This document shows positions 10,279 through 20,473 of a stretch of 64,000 nucleotides of DNA, piece after piece (within the stretch, counting starts at the first letter, position 1; each line of letters starts with the position of its first letter). The stretch lies in NCBI GenBank assembly GCA_004431415.1, contig QPMI01000693.1, forward strand, positions 1 through 64,000. Reading direction: 5' to 3'. The notes below the pieces were generated by a model. That model was not told the DNA's origin and searched no databases. It saw nothing but the letters and a program-made list of their open reading frames with translations. Source of the stretch: Cyanophora paradoxa CCMP329 (lineage: Eukaryota > Plantae > Glaucophyta). The position numbers and the translations under genes are program-made.

Positions 10279-11196
10279 CTACGCAAGACCCCGAGACTTG
10301 CGGAAGTTAGAGATCATGCCGAGGAGCGTCTTGTCCACCGTGCCGTCGTCCGGACCCACGAGATTTTCCCCGTTGACGGTTTCGCCCTCCCAGTACTCCT
10401 TGGATCCGATTCGGAACGGGGGCGGCTCCTCGGCCTTGTAGACGTAAAGGACGTCCAGAGGGTTCGTAGAGTTGTTGGAAGAATCGATGATAAGGCAGTG
10501 GTTATCCTGCGTGTATTTATCGAGCAGGTAGTAGAAGGCGCGCTGGGATATGATGTCGCCCCACTCCTTTGCGAGGGCCTCGCGCTGCATCGCCTGCGAG
10601 CACTTGAAAATGACAGCCAGATCAGTATTGGAGCGCAGGACGGGATTGATGCCCTTGGCATACTGCGTCGTGATAAGGGTCATGATTTTGTAGTGGCGCC
10701 CCGCCACGAACAGCTCGTTGAGGGCCTCGTCGTACCGCAGCCGCGCGTCGGAAATCACGTCGTCGAGCAGCACGAAAAATCGCGGGTCGACGGGATCTTC
10801 CTTTCCGGCCAGCACGTCTTCGGACTTGTTGTGCTGCATGATCGCCTGCTGTCTCCTGAATAAATGGAAGAGCACGCCCGGGTTGTACTTGGGCCAGATG
10901 AAGCGCTGGGGTATGTACTGCTTCCAGTACCCGTTCAGGCGATCGGTCTGGCTGATTACGATACCCCCCGGGAAGGTGCCCGAGAGGTTGAACATGAGAT
11001 CGCGAAGGAAGAAGGACTTGCCCGTGCGCCGCTTGCCGACACAGACGACGGTGGCGTCGGACTTCACGGTGTTCACGTCGAACCACTTAAGTTCCGGCAG
11101 GCAGGCCATGCGCTCGATGCCGCCCGTCTTCGAGTTGTCGAGGAAGGCGTTGACCTGCTCGGGCGTGAGCTGCATGCCGTCCTCCGTCATACCCAT
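10279..11196 (-). CDS. A32-like (FtsK/HerA family) genome packaging ATPase; true start may lie at 11347 via a frameshift
   Basis: Walker A GKRRTGKS, Walker B FVLLDD, GRHYKI and TTQY motifs. Confidence 0.93.
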   Translation of the reverse strand: MGMTEDGMQLTPEQVNAFLDNSKTGGIERMACLPELKWFDVNTVKSDATVVCVGKRRTGKSFFLRDLMFNLSGTFPGGIVISQTDRLNGYWKQYIPQRFIWPKYNPGVLFHLFRRQQAIMQHNKSEDVLAGKEDPVDPRFFVLLDDVISDARLRYDEALNELFVAGRHYKIMTLITTQYAKGINPVLRSNTDLAVIFKCSQAMQREALAKEWGDIISQRAFYYLLDKYTQDNHCLIIDSSNNSTNPLDVLYVYKAEEPPPFRIGSKEYWEGETVNGENLVGPDDGTVDKTLLGMISNFRKSRGLA

Positions 11197-11383
11197 CGCG
11201 CAGCTGGCGCCGGCGGCGGGGGCGGTGCCCGAGCCCGAGCCGGTGGCCTGGCCGGCGGGGGCGGGGCCGCGGGCGCTGCGCCTGCGGGCTGGGCGGCCTG
11301 GGGCTTGGCCGCCTTCGGCTTCTTCGGCTTCTTGGGTCCTTGGCCATTTTACCCCTTCATTCAGATTTTCTTGTGACCTCGGA

Positions 11384-11860
11384 ATGAAGATTCTCGGCGT
11401 GGATGTGGGGGTCATTAATTTCGCCTGGTGCCTCATCGAATTCGATCCGCAGACAAAGGAATCCCAGATTCTCGACTGGCAAAAGATCGCCCTCTTCCCG
11501 TCTGCGCGCTGCTGTGGCCGCCTTGTGGCGCGCCTGGTTGAGGTTACTCGCGGCCATAGCGCCTTCGGCCTTCCCGACCAGATCGCGATCGAGGGCCAGA
11601 GGACGGGAATTAATCGCTGCATCGAGTGCACGCTCCACGCCCTCCTGTACGGGCGTGCGCGGATCGTGAGCCCGCGCGCCATCAAGCACTTCTTCAAGAT
11701 CTCGAACCCGAGCTACAAGGAGCGCAAGCGCGGCGCCGTGGACAAGTGCCGCGACCTTGTACCCGCCGAGCTCGCCGACATCGCGGATCGCAACGGGAAG
11801 CTCGACGACCTCTGCGACGCCTACTTAATCGCGCTCTACGCCGCGCTCAATCCGTTGTGA
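11384..11860 (+). CDS. ruvC: RuvC-like (poxvirus A22 type) Holliday junction resolvase
   Basis: MKILGVDVG..N, IAIEGQ, KLDDLCDA catalytic motifs. Confidence 0.9.
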   Translation: MKILGVDVGVINFAWCLIEFDPQTKESQILDWQKIALFPSARCCGRLVARLVEVTRGHSAFGLPDQIAIEGQRTGINRCIECTLHALLYGRARIVSPRAIKHFFKISNPSYKERKRGAVDKCRDLVPAELADIADRNGKLDDLCDAYLIALYAALNPL

Positions 11861-11889
11861 TCCCATTGTGATTTCTGGAGGGCCCGCAG

Positions 11890-12057
11890 ATGGGATCCTC
11901 ATGCCGTAAGCCGAGGCCCCTCTGCTGCGAAATCTGCCGCCTGCCGCAGACCAAGCGCGGCTGGGTGCTCAAGGCGGACGTCTACGTCTGCTGCGCCCGG
12001 TGCGCCGTCCGCTACTACGCACTTTTTTCTGAAGGCTGCTTACATCCCCGTAGCTAG
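11890..12057 (+). CDS. Small Cys-rich (Zn-finger) protein, below the ORF-track cut-off
   Basis: Own translation MGSSCRKPRPLCCEICRL...VCCARCAVRYY; fills the intergenic gap. Confidence 0.45.
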   Translation: MGSSCRKPRPLCCEICRLPQTKRGWVLKADVYVCCARCAVRYYALFSEGCLHPRS

Positions 12058-12058
12058 C

Positions 12059-12451
12059 ATGGAGCACGCCCACTACTGCTTCAAGTGCCGCTCCAACACC
12101 AAGCTCGCCAACGTCGAGGTGCGTACCAGCAAGAACAACCGCCAGGTGGCCGTCGGCTCCTGCACGCAATGCAGCGGCCGCGTCTCGCGCTTCATGCGCC
12201 GGGTCCTCGAGGAGGGGGCCCGGGAGACCAGCCCCCCGCCGCAGCGCCCGCAGGTGGCCCACGCCACTGGCCCGGCCGCCGGCTCGAGCCAGGCACCGGC
12301 AGCCCCTACGGTCCCGAAGCCCCCCGCGGCGCCCCGCGTCAAGAAGACGGCGGCCCCGGCGGACGACTCGGCGCCCGCCGAGAGCCAAGTCCCGAAGCGC
12401 CAGCGCGCGCCGAAGAAGGCGGCGAGCGAGCCCGCGATTCTTCAGCAGTGA
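12059..12451 (+). CDS. Zn-ribbon protein (DUF5679-like) with basic Pro/Ala/Lys tail
   Basis: YCFKCR...TSKNNR...GSCTQCSGRVSRF pattern. Confidence 0.7.
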   Translation: MEHAHYCFKCRSNTKLANVEVRTSKNNRQVAVGSCTQCSGRVSRFMRRVLEEGARETSPPPQRPQVAHATGPAAGSSQAPAAPTVPKPPAAPRVKKTAAPADDSAPAESQVPKRQRAPKKAASEPAILQQ

Positions 12452-12673
12452 TTCGGCGGCGCAACTGCCCCTGCCACTGCTTCGTCTGCGACTACCCCCC
12501 CACCTGCTTCCCGGGCCACCTGCAGTTCGGCCACGAGATCGCGGTGGCGCGCGTGGGCGGGCGGGTCCGCCTCGTCTGCAGGCGCTGCGCGCGCGGCCTC
12601 TTCGCCGATTTTCGCAGGATTCGCGACAGGGAGCTCACGGGCAGTATTTCTAAGTCCCTCCCCAAATTAAGAA

Positions 12674-12937
12674 ATGGCCTCCCTGCTGTTCGATAGGGAC
12701 ATGTACCAAATGCAGAACCGATTCGACGGCGTTTACCCCGAGCGCATGCCGCAGGAGCAGTTCCCGCGCCCGCACTGGGCGGACCACCGCACGTACGGCC
12801 TCCGCAGGCCCGGGGCGGGGCAGCTGATGGTGACGCCCGGGGGCGCGCCGGCGGAGCGCGACTGGTCGCCCCTCTGGATTATAGCGGGGATCCTGGTGGG
12901 GTACCTCCTCTTCCGACCCAGTGTAATTTCTCAGTAG
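12674..12937 (+). CDS. Small protein with C-terminal TM helix
   Basis: LWIIAGILVGYLLF; upstream TATTTCT motif. Confidence 0.7.
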   Translation: MASLLFDRDMYQMQNRFDGVYPERMPQEQFPRPHWADHRTYGLRRPGAGQLMVTPGGAPAERDWSPLWIIAGILVGYLLFRPSVISQ

Positions 12938-12951
12938 GGTGCTGTGCAAAA

Positions 12952-13230
12952 ATGCCAGAGGCGCAGAAGAAGCCCGCGAAAAAGGCGCCCACGAACGGAC
13001 AGGAGAAGCCGACCAAGGCCGAGGTGAAGGAGGCGAAGGAGAAGCTGAAGGGGCCGCCCGAATTTCCTAAGGGGCCGAAGCCGCTGTACGAGGACGTCTC
13101 GCCCGGCGAAATATTCGTGGCGATGCGCCCGACGAAGCAGGGGAAGAAGGGCGGCGACAAGAAGGACGGGAAGGACGACAAGGCCAAGACCGATAAAATT
13201 TCAAAGCCCACCCCTAAGAAGAGCAAATGA
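12952..13230 (+). CDS. Small Lys-rich basic protein (possible DNA-condensing core protein)
   Basis: 92 aa, very K-rich; function is inference. Confidence 0.65.
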   Translation: MPEAQKKPAKKAPTNGQEKPTKAEVKEAKEKLKGPPEFPKGPKPLYEDVSPGEIFVAMRPTKQGKKGGDKKDGKDDKAKTDKISKPTPKKSK

Positions 13231-15335
13231 GGGGGCTCGCCTCGCGTTTCACGCCACGCAACGTGCTCGCGATTCCGGGGGGTGGGGACTCGCACATCAC
13301 GCCCTTCGAAAGCGACAAGTTCGCGCACTTTCAGCAGATGATGAAGACCGCCGCGTACAGGGCCGAAGGCGCACGCCTTGAAGACCAGAAACAGAGTCAG
13401 AAACTTGCCGAGGTGGAGGCGCAGGCCATTGCCAACGCGTACTACATCAATAAGTTCCAGCAGATGGAATCCTCGCTCGACGAAGAGTATGAGGAGGGCT
13501 TCCGAGCTTGGTTGATGGGACAGTCCACTTTTGCTTCGGAGGGGCGTGCCGTGGGAGCTTCCAAGTGCAATGTCGATGGTAAGAACCTCACGATGCTTCC
13601 AGGCGTACGTGAATTTTGCAAATCAAAGGAGGATCAGATTACGGAATTCTTGAAGCGCAAGAAACGTCTCGAAACCCTGGGTCCAATGAACCTGGAAGAT
13701 GCCTACTACTACTACAAGTACATTCTAAACGGCGAGGAGTTCAAACCGACCAGCATCTACGCGAGAGAAAACGTACCAGACGATCGCAAGAGTTACGCAG
13801 ACAGAAATACGTCTCAGCCCATGGCGCAAGCAGAGCCGCCAGGTTCGGACGATGAGGGTCCGGGCCCCGACGAGAGTCGCCAGCGGGATGCGCGTGCAGA
13901 GCGACGACGTAACCGGGCCACCACAGCGAAAATGGAGAAGATTTTAACGGAAGTCAAAGACCAGTTGGCGCGGCTCAAATCTAAGGACAATGAGAATGTC
14001 CTCGACGACGATGACCCAGGTGCCGCCCCCGGGGATGATGCAAGGGTTGCTATCCACTACAACAAGGGTGCCAAGGAGCATCTCATCCAGCTGGCTCTAC
14101 CAAAAAAAAAGCCTGAGCCCCAGGGGGCCGCGGGGGGCGGCGGGGATGACGGTGCACCGCCCCCCGGGGAGGCGGTTGCAGCCGACGCGGCTGGGGATGC
14201 GGTCATGGAGGAGGCGGCCCCTTTACCGGGGGCAGGGGTCGAGGAAACGCCAAACCGCCCTCTTCGGCCCCGGAATTTGCAAGATTCTCTTCAAGGCGAT
14301 GGCGCGCCTGGGCCAAGCGGCGTTTCGGCGAGCGAAGTCGATGCCGAAGCCCCCGCGGCCGCGCCGCAAAGTGCCCCTGAGGTCGTGCAAGCCACGGTCG
14401 AGACAGCTGTGCAAACAGCAGTGGAGGCAGCAGTAGGGGCCGCCGTGCAGGCCGTCACTGGAGAGGCGCCCCCAGCGGTTCGACGCGCGCGGAGGCCACC
14501 GCGTTCGTCTCTTCTCCGCCGCTCTATGACAGACTCAGGGGACTCCAAGGCACGCGCCGATCGGACTGCGGTAGATGATGACATTCGGCATCAGCTTCTA
14601 GAAGACACGAAAAGCTGGACGAATTATTTGTTGAACGGACAGTCGCCTGTCGCGGTTCTCGATTTCATCGACGACGACGCGCCTCCGGACCCAAGCAGGG
14701 ATGACGAGCCCGTGAATCCCCACAAAGTTGCGAGCAGTTTCGCGGCATTTATAGCAGCCAAGTTTCAGACAACATCGGTCCCAAGCCATCAGGCCTTAGA
14801 GCAGAACATACCTTTATACGCACAAGAGTATCTCGCCACGGTTGCGAAATGGATTCCAGCTGGCGCAGTGAACGACTTCAAAGCGCGCAATGTCGACATT
14901 CTGAAGGAAATGAACGCAACAGCACGGTGGGTTCTCCTCATTCACGACGACGACCGGCCGGACCCTACAGGCCAGAGAGTGTTTATTCAGCAAAAGAGGC
15001 GCGGCTTTCTCGACGGGACGTCCCTCGATCGTGATTGGAGCTTCTGGCCCCCTCGGGGAAATTACGATTTCATGAACAGGGATCCCAACGTGCCAGTGCC
15101 CGGATGGGTCAAACGTCAGAGCCTTCAGCTTCTCGCGCGAAGACAGCGACGGGCTCTCGCAGAGGCGAAGAAATTCACGTTTGACGCCCCCACCCGCCTT
15201 GATGGCAGTGAGCGCCAGGCGGAACTTCCCAGTATCTCCCTAGATGATGTCCCCATGATCTTTGGAGGCCACCTGTCAAGGGTCGCTGCCGAAAGCAGAC
15301 GCCGATCAGCGGGGAGCGACTCGGATGAATACTGA
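13227..15335 (+). CDS. 702-aa protein with helical N-terminal domain and low-complexity middle
   Basis: Long ORF overlapping the upstream stop (ATGA); GPMNLEDAYYYYKY resembles a motif in 16830-17939. Confidence 0.8.
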   Translation: MRGLASRFTPRNVLAIPGGGDSHITPFESDKFAHFQQMMKTAAYRAEGARLEDQKQSQKLAEVEAQAIANAYYINKFQQMESSLDEEYEEGFRAWLMGQSTFASEGRAVGASKCNVDGKNLTMLPGVREFCKSKEDQITEFLKRKKRLETLGPMNLEDAYYYYKYILNGEEFKPTSIYARENVPDDRKSYADRNTSQPMAQAEPPGSDDEGPGPDESRQRDARAERRRNRATTAKMEKILTEVKDQLARLKSKDNENVLDDDDPGAAPGDDARVAIHYNKGAKEHLIQLALPKKKPEPQGAAGGGGDDGAPPPGEAVAADAAGDAVMEEAAPLPGAGVEETPNRPLRPRNLQDSLQGDGAPGPSGVSASEVDAEAPAAAPQSAPEVVQATVETAVQTAVEAAVGAAVQAVTGEAPPAVRRARRPPRSSLLRRSMTDSGDSKARADRTAVDDDIRHQLLEDTKSWTNYLLNGQSPVAVLDFIDDDAPPDPSRDDEPVNPHKVASSFAAFIAAKFQTTSVPSHQALEQNIPLYAQEYLATVAKWIPAGAVNDFKARNVDILKEMNATARWVLLIHDDDRPDPTGQRVFIQQKRRGFLDGTSLDRDWSFWPPRGNYDFMNRDPNVPVPGWVKRQSLQLLARRQRRALAEAKKFTFDAPTRLDGSERQAELPSISLDDVPMIFGGHLSRVAAESRRRSAGSDSDEY

Positions 15336-15371
15336 ACCACCCAAAAAATTTTCTCAACGCACCCCTAAACC

Positions 15372-16745
15372 ATGGCTTCCGCGCTCATCTCCACCCCCTC
15401 GACCGCCCTGCACCACTCGCTGCGCAGCTCCGACGCGTCGGTGCACGTGCACGAGACCTTCGACACGGCGATGCCGTTCGTAGACGAGGTGCTCGAGGTG
15501 AGCCCCGTGCAGTCGGGCGTCAGCTTCGGCCAGACCGTCGACATCGTCATCCCGCACTCGGCGCCGATGTTCAACGACGCCTGGCTCAGGGTGACGCTGC
15601 CGGCGCTGACGAACGCCGACCACTTCTACATCCCGAAGGCCGGCTACGTGCTGCTCAAGAAGGTGAAGATCTTCGTGGGCACGCAGCTGATCCACGAGTA
15701 CGACGGCCACCACGACGCCATCTACGGCGAGTTCGAGGACGACAAGTCCGTCACCCAGCACGTCGACATGGTGAACAACCTCTGGGCGCACCAGCCGCTG
15801 CGCCGCCGGGGCAAGGCCCCGAACACGCTGTACGTGCCGATCCGCATCGCGACGGGCTTCGGTCGAAAGTTCGCCGTGCCCCTCCACAAGATCCGCGGGA
15901 CGGGCAACGAGATGAAGCTGCAGATCACCTACGCCTCGCAGAAGGAGGTGACGGCCTCCTTCGTGGACGGCGGCCTGCACACGAACACCGGCCTGACGAG
16001 CAGCGTCAGCCTGGACACCAAGCTCATCCTGCGCTACGTGCACATCGACTCGCGCGAGCTGGCGCTGCACCCGAACTCGTTCACGTGGGCAGGCAAGTAC
16101 GTGCAGCACTACAACGTGCAGTTCGAATCGGGCAAGGCCATCCGCCTGCCCTTCACCGGAATCTGCTACGAGCTGATCGTGGTGGTGCGCGACAAGCCGC
16201 ACACCGACAACGGCGAGCACTTCTGGCGCTTCCGCCCCCTGGACAAGATCGAGCTGAAGTGCGACAACATCAAGGTGGTCGACAGCTCGAACCACGACGC
16301 GCACTTCTTGCGCACGGCCATCGCGCACAAGGAGCACACGCACGCGCCCGCCCGCAAGCACCTCGAGCTGCTGCGGGGCGTGACCTCGATGGACGGGACG
16401 GCAGCGGCCGACGTGGCCGACGCGCTGCACCCGCACCCGTGGTCGGGCAACGACACGGCCCCCACGACCCTTGCGACCCACGACGCCCACAGCAGCGACA
16501 TCCAGCCCCGCAACGTGGGCCAGTTCGGCACGGAGTTCATCTACTCGCTCCCCTTCGGCACCGACGTGGCCGACAACACCAAGATGTTCGGCGGCCTCGA
16601 CATGGGCGCCTTCAAGACCATCGAGCTCACGCTCTGGACGCTCAAGACCTACGCGGCGGACGCCAAGCCCGTGGCCGACATCTACTGCCGCTACTACAAC
16701 GAGATCACCTTCACCAACGGCGGCGCCTACCGCCGCTTCCATTAG
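15372..16745 (+). CDS. MCP: Major capsid protein (double jelly-roll, divergent NCLDV-like)
   Basis: 457 aa, extreme codon bias; FGQTVDIVIP, LRVTLPAL, LKKVKIFVG, LYVPI, YSLPFG, YCRYYNEITFTNG parallel NCLDV capsid motifs. Confidence 0.85.
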   Translation: MASALISTPSTALHHSLRSSDASVHVHETFDTAMPFVDEVLEVSPVQSGVSFGQTVDIVIPHSAPMFNDAWLRVTLPALTNADHFYIPKAGYVLLKKVKIFVGTQLIHEYDGHHDAIYGEFEDDKSVTQHVDMVNNLWAHQPLRRRGKAPNTLYVPIRIATGFGRKFAVPLHKIRGTGNEMKLQITYASQKEVTASFVDGGLHTNTGLTSSVSLDTKLILRYVHIDSRELALHPNSFTWAGKYVQHYNVQFESGKAIRLPFTGICYELIVVVRDKPHTDNGEHFWRFRPLDKIELKCDNIKVVDSSNHDAHFLRTAIAHKEHTHAPARKHLELLRGVTSMDGTAAADVADALHPHPWSGNDTAPTTLATHDAHSSDIQPRNVGQFGTEFIYSLPFGTDVADNTKMFGGLDMGAFKTIELTLWTLKTYAADAKPVADIYCRYYNEITFTNGGAYRRFH

Positions 16746-16829
16746 ATTGCTTGTTAGACTGAGAGGGGCGAGCCTCGGCCGCCGATGTGAACCAATAAAT
16801 TTTCCCACTGGGATCCTAACCGAGGCACG

Positions 16830-17939
16830 ATGACGAAGGGCCATTCCATGATGGACATTGGGGAGGGCTCTAAGAAGCAGCGCCAGTCGCTGAAGAACGA
16901 CCTGAAGGGCGAGGTGACGGGAATTATCGAGAAGTACGCGCCCGGCACGATTCTACCCGAGGTTCCGGTCCCACAGGGCAAAGGCGATGTGTACACGCCC
17001 GAGGACGTGGCGCGCGGCCTGGGCCAGAGCGGTACGGATACCAAGGCCCTGCCGGCCATGAAGTACACCCCGCAGATGGAGAAGCTGATGCGGATGGGCA
17101 TTCGACAGCAGCTGCAGAATGCCTACCCTAACCGCCAGATCAACGAAGAGGACGTCGAGAATGCGTTCGCGCTGCGGAAGGAAATCATGATTCGCGATTT
17201 CGACCAGTGGGCGATGACGGCCTTCGACCTGAAGCAGCCGGGAGTCGCAAAAATGCTCGAGGAATACTACCCCGAGCTGCTCGAGCGAATTACGAACATG
17301 ATCGAGCAGGATATCGAAATTCAGCGTTTCGATAAATACCAGAAGGTTTTCTTCCCGATGAACTACGACGACCTCGTCATGAAGTGGGCACGCGAGCGCG
17401 GCTGGATCAAGACAATGGAAGAAATCGAGAAGGAGAACCTGCTCGGCCCTGCAGGCCGGTACGCCAAGGAGACGGCCGGTGGGGAGGGCCTCCGCGCCGG
17501 CTACACGCCCGACCTCTCGCCCATGTTCAACGCACAGACTGCGAACATTAGCAGCTCCGTCAACAGGCCCTACGGCCGCAACGACGTCGACTTCTCCAAG
17601 GGCAATCCGTTCGGTGCCATTCTCATGGATCAGCACGGCACGCGAGGCCCCGCGGTTGCGACTGCGACCCCGTACGCGGACCAGAACATGCTACCTGCCA
17701 CGGTGAATCCCCGCCCGGGGCTAGATAGTTCAATCCCCGCCATTACGGCCCTTCAGCTTCAATCGACTCGTGGAAGGGGGACGGTAGCCGGGATGACAGA
17801 GGATGCTCAGAATCCAATTCAAGCTGCGTTCCAGGCCCTCGTCCTGGGCACCGAGACAGCACAGCAAAACATCCTCCGCGAAACCAATACCCGGAAGGCG
17901 GATGCATACACTGCCGCCGCAGAAGCTCTCCGTCGCTAA
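16830..17939 (+). CDS. Conserved-looking hypothetical (probable virion) protein, 369 aa
   Basis: Directly downstream of MCP; FDQW...YPEL...PMNYDD helical domain. Confidence 0.8.
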   Translation: MTKGHSMMDIGEGSKKQRQSLKNDLKGEVTGIIEKYAPGTILPEVPVPQGKGDVYTPEDVARGLGQSGTDTKALPAMKYTPQMEKLMRMGIRQQLQNAYPNRQINEEDVENAFALRKEIMIRDFDQWAMTAFDLKQPGVAKMLEEYYPELLERITNMIEQDIEIQRFDKYQKVFFPMNYDDLVMKWARERGWIKTMEEIEKENLLGPAGRYAKETAGGEGLRAGYTPDLSPMFNAQTANISSSVNRPYGRNDVDFSKGNPFGAILMDQHGTRGPAVATATPYADQNMLPATVNPRPGLDSSIPAITALQLQSTRGRGTVAGMTEDAQNPIQAAFQALVLGTETAQQNILRETNTRKADAYTAAAEALRR

Positions 17940-17961
17940 TTTCTAAAGCACGCGTAGCGTT

Positions 17962-18291
17962 ATGGCAGCGACGGAGGCGACGCTGGGCGAGCAGATCGAG
18001 GCGCGCTGGGGCCGCTTCCTCGACCTGCTGGAGCCGGAGGCCAAGGAGCCGGGGGTGCGGGCGCAGATCCAGTCGCTGCGCGGCATAGGGGCCACGGCGG
18101 TCATCGTTCTATTTAGGAGGCACATCAACGCGGAGGCCGAATTAATTAAGGCACGGGACGACGGAGTTTTCGCGAAGCTGCCGCAGGAGTACGCCTCGGC
18201 CGTGCGCTCGCTCTTCTACGGGAGCGGGCCCGAGCTGCGCGAGAAGCTGTGGCTTTACATCGAGCTCTTCGTCGAGCTGACGTCGGAGTAA
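17962..18291 (+). CDS. Hypothetical helical protein, 109 aa
   Basis: C-terminal REKLWLYIELF; upstream AATTTCT motif. Confidence 0.75.
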   Translation: MAATEATLGEQIEARWGRFLDLLEPEAKEPGVRAQIQSLRGIGATAVIVLFRRHINAEAELIKARDDGVFAKLPQEYASAVRSLFYGSGPELREKLWLYIELFVELTSE

Positions 18292-18327
18292 ATCCGCGTA
18301 AATTATTTCTAAGGGGCAAGCGTAACC

Positions 18328-19131
18328 ATGGACCCCTCTTCCATGCTGGGCTTCGACGCGCTGGCCGTGGACGGGCCGAACCCGGTGGGGATCCCGCAGC
18401 CTCGGAAGAAGGGCCGCCCCGCGAAGGAAGGCAAGGAAAAGGGCGAGAAGGCGCCGAAGGCCGACAAGACGTCGCTGCCGGGCGACGGGCCCACGGTGCC
18501 GCCGACGGCGCCGAGCAAGGGCGCGAGCTTCAGCGTGCAGGAGCACATCGAAATGACGAAAAAGAAGGAGCAGAGCGTGAAAAAGGCGCTGGGGATCGAC
18601 CTGCAGGAAAAGCCGCGCGACGAGGCGCAGGTGGACGTGGACGAGAAGAAGCAGGTTCTGCGGCAGATCGCGCAGTACAGGCGCTCGTTCGGGGGCGAGC
18701 TGACGTCCACGAAGAAGCTGAGCCTCGCCACGCCGCTGGACGAGCTGAAGGAAGAGTACGAGGAAATTCAGCGCGAGCTGAGCACGCGGGGTTCGCTGGA
18801 GGCGGCGCGCCTCTTTCTGATCGCGGGCATGCACTCGCTGGAGCACCTTAACAAAGCGTACGATCCCATCGGCCTGAAGTTAGACGGGCTCGGGCAGGCG
18901 ACGCTCTCTTTCATGGACCAGGTGCAGCCGATCTTAGAGGAGCTGGTGATTAAGTACTCGCGCTACGTGACCCTGGGGCCCGAGGCGCGCCTGGGGATGG
19001 CCCTTGTGCAGACGGTGCTGGCGGTGCACGCGGCCAACGCGAACCCGGAGATGATGAAGGAGGTGACGGAGGCGGCGGCCTCGACGGCGGCGGAGCCCAG
19101 GGCGGTGGGCGGCAAGTTCAACGGCCTTTGA
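18328..19131 (+). CDS. DUF5767-like conserved NCLDV protein
   Basis: LDELKEEYE, YDPIGLKLDG, EELVIKY...GPEARL...HAAN pattern. Confidence 0.7.
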   Translation: MDPSSMLGFDALAVDGPNPVGIPQPRKKGRPAKEGKEKGEKAPKADKTSLPGDGPTVPPTAPSKGASFSVQEHIEMTKKKEQSVKKALGIDLQEKPRDEAQVDVDEKKQVLRQIAQYRRSFGGELTSTKKLSLATPLDELKEEYEEIQRELSTRGSLEAARLFLIAGMHSLEHLNKAYDPIGLKLDGLGQATLSFMDQVQPILEELVIKYSRYVTLGPEARLGMALVQTVLAVHAANANPEMMKEVTEAAASTAAEPRAVGGKFNGL

Positions 19132-19185
19132 TTGTAAACGCTTGTAATCAATTGCACCAGAGAAATTACAATTTATTCGGCTAAG

Positions 19186-19968
19186 CTACTGCATGGGGGC
19201 TGCATACATAGACTCGGGGTTTAGGTAGGGCTCGAAATCGGCCTCGTTGTCGTAGGGCTTGAAGGCCAGCTCGGGCGTGCGGCCGGCGAAGCGAAAGGCG
19301 CCGACCTTGCACTGCTGCACGGCGAGGAAGGACCACTTGAGGCCGAACTTGCCCTCGGGGATGGCGTAGGCGGTGTCGATTTTAACGAGGGCCGCCACCA
19401 GGTCTCCGGTGCCGATGGTGGCGCGCTCGGTGATGAGGTAGTTGGACATGTCGACGACGGGCACGGTCTTGCGCTTGCCGGCCATCGTCTGGGTGCGGAT
19501 GCGCATGTTGAGGTACTTGTAGAAGGCCTGGCCCGACTCCTTGTCGACCTTGATGCGCACGCTGGGCGTCTGCAGCACCGAGATCTGATCCTTGGAGAGG
19601 CTGCGGCCGGGCGAGACCTTGAGCTTGGCCTGGTTCTGCTGCACGAACTCGCAGAATTTCGCGTCCAAGGCCTCCAGCAGCTTGAGGAATTCGTCCGCGG
19701 CCGGGTTCGTCTGGCCGTCGACGGCGCTGAGATCGGTGAGGTCCAGCGTGTAAAATCCGCCGTTTTCTTCCATGACGAAGGCCTTCTTCTCGTCGCTCCA
19801 CGCCTTGCCTTGCTCTGTGTTGATGCACGGGTTGATCGTGACCATGGGCGGCGCGTACATCATGAGGCCCTGCAGGCCGTCGTACTTGGCCTTGATGCGG
19901 CCGTTGGCGTCGATTTCGAAGGCGAGCTTGGCGGGGTCGATCTCGGTGGCGCTGCGGACGGTGGCCAT
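19186..19968 (-). CDS. Putative single-stranded DNA-binding protein (OB fold, NCLDV/T7 gp2.5-like)
   Basis: FLKLLEALD helix, GDLVAALVKI..Y....KFGLKW...VQ C-terminal strands. Confidence 0.7.
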   Translation of the reverse strand: MATVRSATEIDPAKLAFEIDANGRIKAKYDGLQGLMMYAPPMVTINPCINTEQGKAWSDEKKAFVMEENGGFYTLDLTDLSAVDGQTNPAADEFLKLLEALDAKFCEFVQQNQAKLKVSPGRSLSKDQISVLQTPSVRIKVDKESGQAFYKYLNMRIRTQTMAGKRKTVPVVDMSNYLITERATIGTGDLVAALVKIDTAYAIPEGKFGLKWSFLAVQQCKVGAFRFAGRTPELAFKPYDNEADFEPYLNPESMYAAPMQ

Positions 19969-20074
19969 GGTTGCGTTAGCTTAGAGTGTGCTTCAGCCTA
20001 GCGCTAGAAAATATTTGAGGCCGCCCGGCCTGACTTCAGGCTGAGCGCTCAGGTGATTCAGGTAAAACACGTGT

Positions 20075-20365
20075 TCAATTCAGCTCACTGGGGAGGGGGA
20101 GAGCCTCGATCACGGCTACGCGAATATTCGAGAGTCTAAATCTGGCGCTGGGGCTGGCGACGGCGTACAGGGTGATCTCGTTCTTGGCGGGATTGAGCAT
20201 GATGTGCTGGAAGCAGTCGCCCTTGCGGCACTCCAGCGAGATGTTACGCAGCAGCCTGCAGTAGTTGAAGCAGATCTCGCCGTTCTCGTCGAGATCCTCT
20301 TCCATGGCCTCGTACTCGAAGATGCCGAAGGTCAGGCAGCAGGTGAAGTACTTGGGGGCGCACAT
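20075..20365 (-). CDS. Hypothetical protein, 96 aa
   Basis: ATG ORF with upstream motif block shared with its neighbour. Confidence 0.65.
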   Translation of the reverse strand: MCAPKYFTCCLTFGIFEYEAMEEDLDENGEICFNYCRLLRNISLECRKGDCFQHIMLNPAKNEITLYAVASPSARFRLSNIRVAVIEALPLPSELN

Positions 20366-20473
20366 TCTCTCGTTTGCTGGCTGATAAAGTGTGAGGAAAC
20401 GAGGCCCCGCGCACCCTCTTAAGGCCCGGCGTCAGGTGAGCTTCAGACGAAGTCAGAAAACACGTGTTCAATT

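Noticed and set aside
10279-11860. Long antisense overlap of the ATPase (472 aa) and RuvC (380 aa) ORFs
   Set aside because: Upstream extensions from alternative start codons; the recognisable domains do not overlap.
15354-16844. 496-aa antisense ORF to MCP and similar long Arg/Ala/Pro/Gly-rich shadow ORFs at 25-33 kb
   Set aside because: Expected from strong GC3 bias; no recognisable motifs.
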